From contig CAYLRQ010000001.1 of NCBI GenBank assembly GCA_964386335.1, positions 13,568 to 53,618 on the forward strand: DNA of 40,051 nucleotides, in the 5' to 3' direction. Positions within the stretch are counted from its first letter, which is position 1. Every line of letters begins with the position of its first letter. Shown here piece after piece: positions 34,493 through 40,051 of the stretch. Made by a program: the position numbers and the translations under genes. The notes under the pieces were generated by a model. The model did no database searches. It was given only the letters and a program-made list of their open reading frames with translations, and was not told where the DNA came from. Source of the DNA: an uncultured archaeon (GTDB lineage: Archaea; Aenigmatarchaeota; Aenigmatarchaeia; QMZS01).

Positions 34493-36112
34493 TTATTTCA
34501 AACTCAAAAATTCTTTTCTCTTTTTCTGCTCCCTGTCCAATTGACTCCCTGCCTTGTTTGCCTTAAATCTGCCCGTTTCTGGATCTCTTCTAAAAGTTAT
34601 ATTGAAATTCTTCAAAAAATTATTCAACGCGTCATAAGTTCGGATTATTTCTGCATACCCGGATTTCGCGGGCTTTCCTTTAAAAAATAAAATCCTGTTT
34701 GAAATTTGAGAGAGTAAATGCAAATCGTGATCAACAATTACAATGCTTGCCTGTTTGTTTTTGATAATTCTGCCAAGAATTTTGACTAATTGCAATCTGT
34801 TCTCGATATCCAAAAATGCAGAGGGTTCGTCCAGAAGATACAGGTCGGCTTCCTTAGACAAACACAAAGCTATTGCGAGGGTCTGCAACTCCCCTCCAGA
34901 CAAATCCACAACATTTTTCTTGTATAATGTTTCGAGATGCAGGGGATAAGCAATTTGCTCCTTAAATTCTCTCGATTTCGGGACGATTTCCTCGACGGGA
35001 CCAGAAAAATCCGGATAAAGGTATTGCGGTTTGTAAGAAATAGAAGATTTGCAGGATATACTTCCTTTATCTAACTTTAGTTTGCCCGCAAGAATTTCCA
35101 TAAATGTTGTCTTGCCGATCGAGTTTGGACCTATAATCCCAAGAATTTCGTTCTTATAAATTTCTCCGCCTTTGACTTTTAATTTAAAATCTCCCCTCTT
35201 TTTTTCCAGATTTGAGAAAGAAATCAGTTTTTCAAGTTTTAAATCTTCTTGCAAATTTATATCAAATTTTATTCTGTCTCCTCTGATTCGGACATTCTCC
35301 GCAGGCAGATATCCCGCAAGATAGGAATTTATTCCTCTGAGAGAAGGATATAAAGTAGAAACGACGCCATATACTCCGGGAGAACCATACAACAAATAAA
35401 CTTCATCCGAAAGATAATCCAAAATTACGAGATCGTGCTCAACAATTATTACTTCTTTATCTTTCAATCTGTCTTTTATTAAATTTGCCACCTTCAATCT
35501 GGAAACAACATCCAAATAAGACGAGGGTTCGTCCAGAAGATACAGGTCGGCTTCTTTTGATAGGCAAAGACCTATATTTAATAACTGCAATTCGCCTCCA
35601 GAATAATTCGGTTTTTTCTTTATGTTTAATTCTCTTATTATCGATTTATCTATTTTTTCTATATCCACCGGTTTGAGTATCTGTGGTTTATAAGAAATTG
35701 TTTTTTCTTCGCTCAAATAGACTCTTAAAAGCGTTGGAAAATTTTCCGATGCAATTTCTTTTTTCTTTGCCAGAATTTTTATCGCCGTTGATTTTCCTAT
35801 TCCGTTCCTTCCAATCAGGCCAATAATTACCTTTTTTTTTGGAATTGGCAGATTATAGAGAGAGAATTTGTTTTCCCCATATCTATAAACCAGGTGCCCT
35901 ATTTTTTCTGGAGTATTTACAATTTTTATTGCGCCAAAAGGACACCTGTTTGCACAAATTCCGCATCCCACACAAAGTTCTTCGTTTATCTTTGCCGTTT
36001 TTTCTATCGTTATGCATTTCTCTTTTAGTTTATTTCTTGGGCATACTTTTTCACACAAATTTCCGCATTTTTTGGGTTCGCATTTTTTCTCATCAATAAC
36101 CGCCAGTCTCAT
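34493..36112 (-). CDS. abce1: ABCE1 / RNase L inhibitor (ribosome recycling factor)
   Basis: N-terminal 4Fe-4S ferredoxin-type clusters ('CGNLCEKVCP', 'CVGCGICANRCP') followed by two ABC ATPase domains ('GRNGIGKST', 'GPNSIGKTT', two 'SGGELQ', two 'LYLLDEPS'). Confidence 0.9.
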   Translation of the reverse strand: MRLAVIDEKKCEPKKCGNLCEKVCPRNKLKEKCITIEKTAKINEELCVGCGICANRCPFGAIKIVNTPEKIGHLVYRYGENKFSLYNLPIPKKKVIIGLIGRNGIGKSTAIKILAKKKEIASENFPTLLRVYLSEEKTISYKPQILKPVDIEKIDKSIIRELNIKKKPNYSGGELQLLNIGLCLSKEADLYLLDEPSSYLDVVSRLKVANLIKDRLKDKEVIIVEHDLVILDYLSDEVYLLYGSPGVYGVVSTLYPSLRGINSYLAGYLPAENVRIRGDRIKFDINLQEDLKLEKLISFSNLEKKRGDFKLKVKGGEIYKNEILGIIGPNSIGKTTFMEILAGKLKLDKGSISCKSSISYKPQYLYPDFSGPVEEIVPKSREFKEQIAYPLHLETLYKKNVVDLSGGELQTLAIALCLSKEADLYLLDEPSAFLDIENRLQLVKILGRIIKNKQASIVIVDHDLHLLSQISNRILFFKGKPAKSGYAEIIRTYDALNNFLKNFNITFRRDPETGRFKANKAGSQLDREQKKRKEFLSLK

Positions 36113-36264
36113 TCTTTAATTAAAGTTCTCAGTGTGAAAATGCAATTAAAGATAAACCTTTTGTTGTTATTGCATATAATATAATAAAGGCAAGAATACA
36201 CACTATTATAATAACTGCCCAGAAGACATTCTGGTGCAAGATTTCTTCTTCTCCCATAACTAAA

Positions 36265-37545
36265 TTAATTTATTTTTGAATTTAAGGTTTGTAACGCTTT
36301 CTTTGCCTCTATAAAACAAGGATCAATACGTAACGCCTCTATATAATTAGTTTCAGCAGAGGCAGGATCGCCCAATATCTGTAAATATAGACCTTTATTG
36401 TAAAGATATTTCGGATTGCTGGGGTTTATCTTTATGGCTTTTTCTGAACATTCCAGAGCTCTTTGATAATCATTCAACCAATAGTACATTACCCCCATTC
36501 TGTCATATATTGCAGCTTTTGCCTCTTCCTTTGATTCAAGAAGCAACCCTTCTAAAATCGACAATGCCTCTTTATAATTTTCTTTAAGCATTTGTATATC
36601 CGCTTCGGCGTAAGCAATAGCTTCTTCATCGCCAATTTCTTTGGCTATTTTTAATCTCTTTTTACAAGATAAAAGTTTAGTTTCATCATCTGCGTATCTG
36701 TTTAAAAAAGCTTTTTCATAATAATTTATTGCTTCCTTTTTGTTGCCTTTAATATATTCTATATATCCTTTCAATATTAAGCTGCGGATATCTTCTGAAA
36801 ATATATTTAATGCTTTTTCTAGATACTTCTCCGCCTCAGAAATTTTATTTTCACCAACAGCCCTCTGTGCTTTTTCAAATAATGCCGGAACAAATTCTGG
36901 AAAATGAGATAAAATTTCATTCAACCTTTCTTCTTTATACACCCAATACATATTATCATCGCCACATAGATGTGAATAATAAAGAGCTAGAACATTCGTT
37001 TTTAGAGCCTGTTCCAGACCTTCCCCCGCAGAGATCCTTTCCATTTCTTTATATCTGGCAACCGTCTCTATGTCTCTGTCTGGATCACCTTTTATCCTTA
37101 TAAAAGTGTGGTTGGGAAGAGCAACATTTCTTAATTTAAAAAATAAATCAAAATTTATCATTTCCGCAAGGCATGAAAATAAAATTGTTTTTCCAAGGCA
37201 GTTCGCCCTCCTGCTTTCTTTATTGTCTATTGTGTCCAAAATATCTACAAGATTGTATCTACCTTCTAAATAAGGAATATTCTCTTCTGCAACAAATTTT
37301 TTAATGACTTCCTTTGCCGCTATTTCAGTTCCGCCAGTTTCTTCTACTTCGGCGAATAGAGCGTCTGCTATAGAAAAAAGTTTTTTCATATAGTTCTCCG
37401 GATTTGTAGAAATATTTTCCATTCTTTTAATTTTCTGACAGGTATGCAATATTTGCTCGGTATAAGAAAGTTTAGAGTCGGTCTTCAAGATTCTACCTCT
37501 ATTTTTGTGGAGGTTCTCCCATAATTTAGTTTTATTTACCACCAT
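36265..37545 (-). CDS. TPR-repeat protein with N-terminal transglutaminase-like (SirB1-type) domain
   Basis: The C-terminal half has several TPR-like units ('AINYYEKAF', 'ALECSEKAIKINPSNPKYLYNKGLYL', 'AETNYIEALRIDP'). The N-terminal 'ANCLGKTILFSCLAEM...LPNHTFIRI...D' gives a Cys-His-Asp arrangement. Confidence 0.62.
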   Translation of the reverse strand: MVVNKTKLWENLHKNRGRILKTDSKLSYTEQILHTCQKIKRMENISTNPENYMKKLFSIADALFAEVEETGGTEIAAKEVIKKFVAEENIPYLEGRYNLVDILDTIDNKESRRANCLGKTILFSCLAEMINFDLFFKLRNVALPNHTFIRIKGDPDRDIETVARYKEMERISAGEGLEQALKTNVLALYYSHLCGDDNMYWVYKEERLNEILSHFPEFVPALFEKAQRAVGENKISEAEKYLEKALNIFSEDIRSLILKGYIEYIKGNKKEAINYYEKAFLNRYADDETKLLSCKKRLKIAKEIGDEEAIAYAEADIQMLKENYKEALSILEGLLLESKEEAKAAIYDRMGVMYYWLNDYQRALECSEKAIKINPSNPKYLYNKGLYLQILGDPASAETNYIEALRIDPCFIEAKKALQTLNSKIN

Positions 37546-37568
37546 TAAATAATAGTATAATAAAGTAT

Positions 37569-38357
37569 TTAAGCCTGATGAGGAAGTACTTCGCCTGTTT
37601 TATATAGTTCATCTAAATTAAAAAACCTTATTGCATTTTCTGTTGTTATTTTATCCGCCTCAGAAAAATCTAATTTTTTTATTTCTGCGATTTTTTCAAT
37701 CACAAATTTTACAGAAAGAGGGGTGTTCCTCTTTCCAAATCCCAGCCATGGAGAATCTGTTTCCGTCATCAATTGCTCGATCTTCATTTTTTTTGTGATC
37801 TTTTTTATGCTCTTGCTTCTAAAAATAGAAGTATTAATCGAGACAAAATACTGATTTTCTATTACTTTTTGAATTAGATTTTTATCCGAGAAAAAATGAA
37901 GCAAAACTTTTTTTGGTTTTTGTTCAATTATGATTTTCAGACACTCTTCTGCAGCATCCCTGCAATGAACAATTAGAGGCAGATCAAGTTTCTTCGCAAG
38001 ACTTATGTGTTCAATAAAAAGTTTTTTCTGCCCCTCTCTCAATTTCTTATCCTTAATCCAATAATAATCAAGACCGCATTCGCCAATTCCAACCAAATTA
38101 TTTCTGTTTTTCTCAATTTTTTCCAAATATTCTCTTATTTCGTCCCCCGAAAATTTTGAGATAAATTCAGGATGAAAACCCGCCGTGAGAAAAACAAAAT
38201 TTTTGTATTTTTTGACCAACTTCAGACTTTTATCAAAATCTTTCGGGTTGGCGCAGGAAGTAATTATCGCGAGCAATTCTTCCTTGCACTTTGAAATCAC
38301 TTCTTCCCTGTCTTCATCGTAATCCGATTGCTCTAAGTGGCAGTGAACATCTATCAT
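37569..38357 (-). CDS. tatD: TatD-family metal-dependent hydrolase/DNase
   Basis: 'MIDVHCHL', 'GIGECGLDYYW', 'PLIVHCRDA', 'VLLHFFSD' and 'ETDSPWL' are TatD signatures. The start is set at Met 38357, which abuts the upstream stop; the ORF-track start at 38393 overlaps it by 35 nt. Confidence 0.85.
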   Translation of the reverse strand: MIDVHCHLEQSDYDEDREEVISKCKEELLAIITSCANPKDFDKSLKLVKKYKNFVFLTAGFHPEFISKFSGDEIREYLEKIEKNRNNLVGIGECGLDYYWIKDKKLREGQKKLFIEHISLAKKLDLPLIVHCRDAAEECLKIIIEQKPKKVLLHFFSDKNLIQKVIENQYFVSINTSIFRSKSIKKITKKMKIEQLMTETDSPWLGFGKRNTPLSVKFVIEKIAEIKKLDFSEADKITTENAIRFFNLDELYKTGEVLPHQA

Positions 38358-38358
38358 T

Positions 38359-38994
38359 TTAAAAATCCAATCCAGAAAAGGTTTTTTTTTCATTATAAAA
38401 ATAATGCTTTTTCTCTTCCAGTTCTGTTACAAGATCCGCCATTTTAATTATTCTTTCTGAAGCAAATCTTCCAGTTAGTATGAAATGAATATTTTTTCTT
38501 CTTTCCAACAAAGAAATCACCTCGTCTTCATTCACAAGTTTGAACTTTATTGCATACAAAATCTCATCCAAAATTATTAATCTATGTTTGTTTTCAAGCA
38601 AAAGTTTTTTTGCAAATTCCATCCCCTTTTTCGCTTTCTTTTTATGAACTTCAAATGAACTTTTTTTTAAATTTGATGCGAGTTTGTCGGCGGCAACTTT
38701 TTTGCTCAATTTCTTTCCACTAAACAAATTTAAAGAAACGAATTCTATTCCCTTTCCCTTCAGCCATCCCCCAAGAGTTGCCTGGGTTGTAGCCAAAAAA
38801 TAAGGGGGTCCGAATAAATATAAATCAATAAATTTGTTGTTCTCAAGGATTCTGTATTCTCCCGTTTTGCGACCCTTCATAAACTGCAAAATTGCGACTT
38901 TTTTTCCATAACCGGCAAATCTTATTGCATGACCTAATGCGGCCGTTGTCTTTCCTTCTCCATTGCCTGTGTATATAAGAATTTTTCCGAGCAT
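38359..38994 (-). CDS. Cob(I)yrinic acid a,c-diamide adenosyltransferase family protein (CobA/CobO/BtuR-like)
   Basis: 'ILIYTGNGEGKTTAALGHAIRFAGYGKKVAILQFMKG' plus 'LIILDEILYAIKFKLV..EDEVISLL..R....HFILTGR' align by eye with BtuR/CobA. It has an extra ~50-aa basic insertion in the middle. Confidence 0.72.
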   Translation of the reverse strand: MLGKILIYTGNGEGKTTAALGHAIRFAGYGKKVAILQFMKGRKTGEYRILENNKFIDLYLFGPPYFLATTQATLGGWLKGKGIEFVSLNLFSGKKLSKKVAADKLASNLKKSSFEVHKKKAKKGMEFAKKLLLENKHRLIILDEILYAIKFKLVNEDEVISLLERRKNIHFILTGRFASERIIKMADLVTELEEKKHYFYNEKKTFSGLDF

Positions 38995-39019
38995 AATTAA
39001 TCATATTTTAGTCTATAAA

Positions 39020-39190
39020 TCCCGCGAGCCAGATTTTCATCAACCCCGTTCTAATTAATTTTTCTTTCTTAGGGGGGTGTCTGACTTTGAACTGGCAACC
39101 CCTCGGTTTCTGAATTAGAGCACCTGCGTTTGTGTAAAACCAAAGTGTTAAACACTACAGCCGAGTGCTCTGCCATTGAGCTATCGCGGG
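39020..39190 (-). tRNA. tRNA-Tyr (anticodon GUA) with two introns: canonical 37/38 (about 39108-39154) and T-loop (about 39034-39085)
   Basis: Manual fold of the minus strand: acceptor CCCGCGA/UCGCGGG with C1-G72; D-arm GCUC-AAUGGCA-GAGC; anticodon stem CUCGG/CCGAG with loop CUGUAG^A after removing 47 nt; variable GGGUU; T-arm GCCAG-UUCAAAU-CUGGC only after removing ~52 nt; discriminator A. Spliced length is 72 nt and CCA is not encoded. This is the strongest GC island outside the 18.2-19.6 kb region. Confidence 0.82.
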
Positions 39191-39219
39191 ATAATATTAA
39201 TTACTTTTTAAGTTTTTTA

Positions 39220-39612
39220 ATGAAATACAAAGAAATGTTGGATAAAGTGTATGAAAAAATAAAAAAAGGAGAAATAAAAGACAGAATCAATATAATAAAA
39301 CCAGAAATTTCAAGTAGCGGAAATAAAACAATTATTTCAAATTTTGAGCAGTTTTGCAATTCAATTAGAAGAGATAAAAAACAGGTTGCAAAGTTTTTAT
39401 ACAGAGAACTCGCCACTTCTGGGTCAATAGACGGAAGAAAGTTGATCCTGCAGACGAGGTCTCCAATTTTGGAAGATAAAATACAAAAATATCTCAAAAA
39501 TTTTGTTTATTGCCACGAATGCGGAAAACCGGATACAATTCTGCAAAAAGAAGGGAGATTCTATATTTTGAAGTGCGAGGCATGCGGGGCGAGGAAAAGT
39601 GTGAAATTATGA
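39220..39612 (+). CDS. eif2b: Translation initiation factor aIF2 beta subunit
   Basis: 'YKEMLDKVYEKI...FLYRELATSGSIDG..LILQTR......IQKYLKNFVYCHECGKPDTIL.KEGR...LKCEACGA' is the aIF2-beta / eIF2-beta zinc-ribbon pattern. The start is set at Met 39220 because the ORF-track start at 39130 runs through the tRNA gene. Confidence 0.88.
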   Translation: MKYKEMLDKVYEKIKKGEIKDRINIIKPEISSSGNKTIISNFEQFCNSIRRDKKQVAKFLYRELATSGSIDGRKLILQTRSPILEDKIQKYLKNFVYCHECGKPDTILQKEGRFYILKCEACGARKSVKL

Positions 39613-39935
39613 CAAGAGATAAAAAAGAAAGATGGGTAAGAATCTGTCCTAAGTGTGGTAGCAAAGATGTTGAAGCAAGAGGAATGGTATGGGACTTGGC
39701 TTATAGTCAAACTTGGGTATGTAGAACTTGTGGATTTCAAGGTTCATTATTTCCTGAAGTAAAAGAAGATGAAGCATTGAATATTCCCGAGAAATTACCA
39801 AAATTCAATCCTTCCAGAATGCCAATTGTTCCTGGAAAACCAAACAAATTATTTAGAGTAATTTCTTATTTGATAGTTATTTTTATAATATTGGCATTAA
39901 TACTTCTTCTCTTAAAATTTGTTAATCTCTTGTAA
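39609..39935 (+). CDS. Zinc-ribbon protein with C-terminal TM anchor
   Basis: 'CPKCGSKD...CRTCGF' zinc ribbon and hydrophobic tail 'VISYLIVIFIILALILLLL'. ATGA overlap with the aIF2-beta stop. The ORF-track start at 39510 lies inside aIF2-beta. Confidence 0.5.
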   Translation: MTRDKKERWVRICPKCGSKDVEARGMVWDLAYSQTWVCRTCGFQGSLFPEVKEDEALNIPEKLPKFNPSRMPIVPGKPNKLFRVISYLIVIFIILALILLLLKFVNLL

Positions 39936-39972
39936 TTCTTGATTGACTAAAAATTTTAAAACAAAAAAATAA

Positions 39973-40051
39973 ATGAAAATAACTTTTCTCGGAACCGGAG
40001 GGGGAAGGTTTGTTGTTTTAAATCAATTGAGAGCAACAGGTGGTTTTATCA
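39973..40051 (+). CDS. Metallo-beta-lactamase-fold protein (5' fragment, runs off the window)
   Basis: 'MKITFLGTGGGRFVVLNQLRATGGFI' resembles the N-terminal strand/turn of MBL-fold hydrolases. Only 26 codons are visible. Confidence 0.4.
   Translation, partial: MKITFLGTGGGRFVVLNQLRATGGFI

Noticed and set aside
38359-38393. 35-nt overlap between the CobA-like gene and the TatD ORF-track start
   Set aside because: It is resolved by using the internal Met (MIDVHCHL, 38357), the canonical TatD N-terminus. There is no evidence of a real overlap or frameshift.
39130-39219. N-terminal 30 codons of the ORF-track aIF2-beta ORF (start at 39130)
   Set aside because: This stretch reads through the antisense strand of the tRNA-Tyr gene. 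The conserved aIF2-beta sequence begins at the Met at 39220, so the extension is an artefact of taking the longest ORF.
39510-39608. Upstream extension of the zinc-ribbon ORF inside aIF2-beta
   Set aside because: It lies in an alternative frame of the well-supported aIF2-beta CDS. An ATGA-coupled start at 39609 is more plausible.
1-40051. CRISPR arrays, rRNA genes, IS-type transposases, integrases
   Set aside because: I found no regularly spaced direct repeats, no rRNA-like GC-rich stretches and no ORF with recombinase or transposase motifs on either strand.

Overview
The window is AT-rich (by eye about 30% GC), compact and archaeal. It carries archaeal or eukaryotic-type translation genes: eS26, eL42/L44e, aEF-2, aIF2-beta, ABCE1, uL15-SecY, uS7, uL6 and uS17. 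It also has a tRNA-Tyr with a C1-G72 pair and two introns. Small proteins, scattered ribosomal-protein genes and multi-intron tRNAs fit a reduced-genome (DPANN-like) archaeon, but that placement is inference. Other content is a minimal Suf Fe-S operon, a CDF transporter, HtpX, TatD, a CobA-like protein, a split FlaJ/TadC platform gene pair with other membrane proteins, and a 2081-aa sequon-rich secreted giant protein coupled to a membrane-anchored partner.

The most unusual region is 17615-20058. A perfect 30-bp direct repeat duplicates the 3' end of sufBD and brackets about 2.4 kb of inserted DNA. Inside, two same-strand ORFs (a DUF3795-like Cys-rich protein and a NucS-like PD-(D/E)XK nuclease) are each enclosed by GC-rich, multi-block inverted repeats. 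The outer cores (GTTAGTT/AACTAAC and GTTAAGT/ACTTAAC) resemble integron attC R'/R'' cores and pair in the way excisable circular cassettes would. No integrase or transposase is visible in the window.

All family assignments come from motif recognition by eye. No searches were run.
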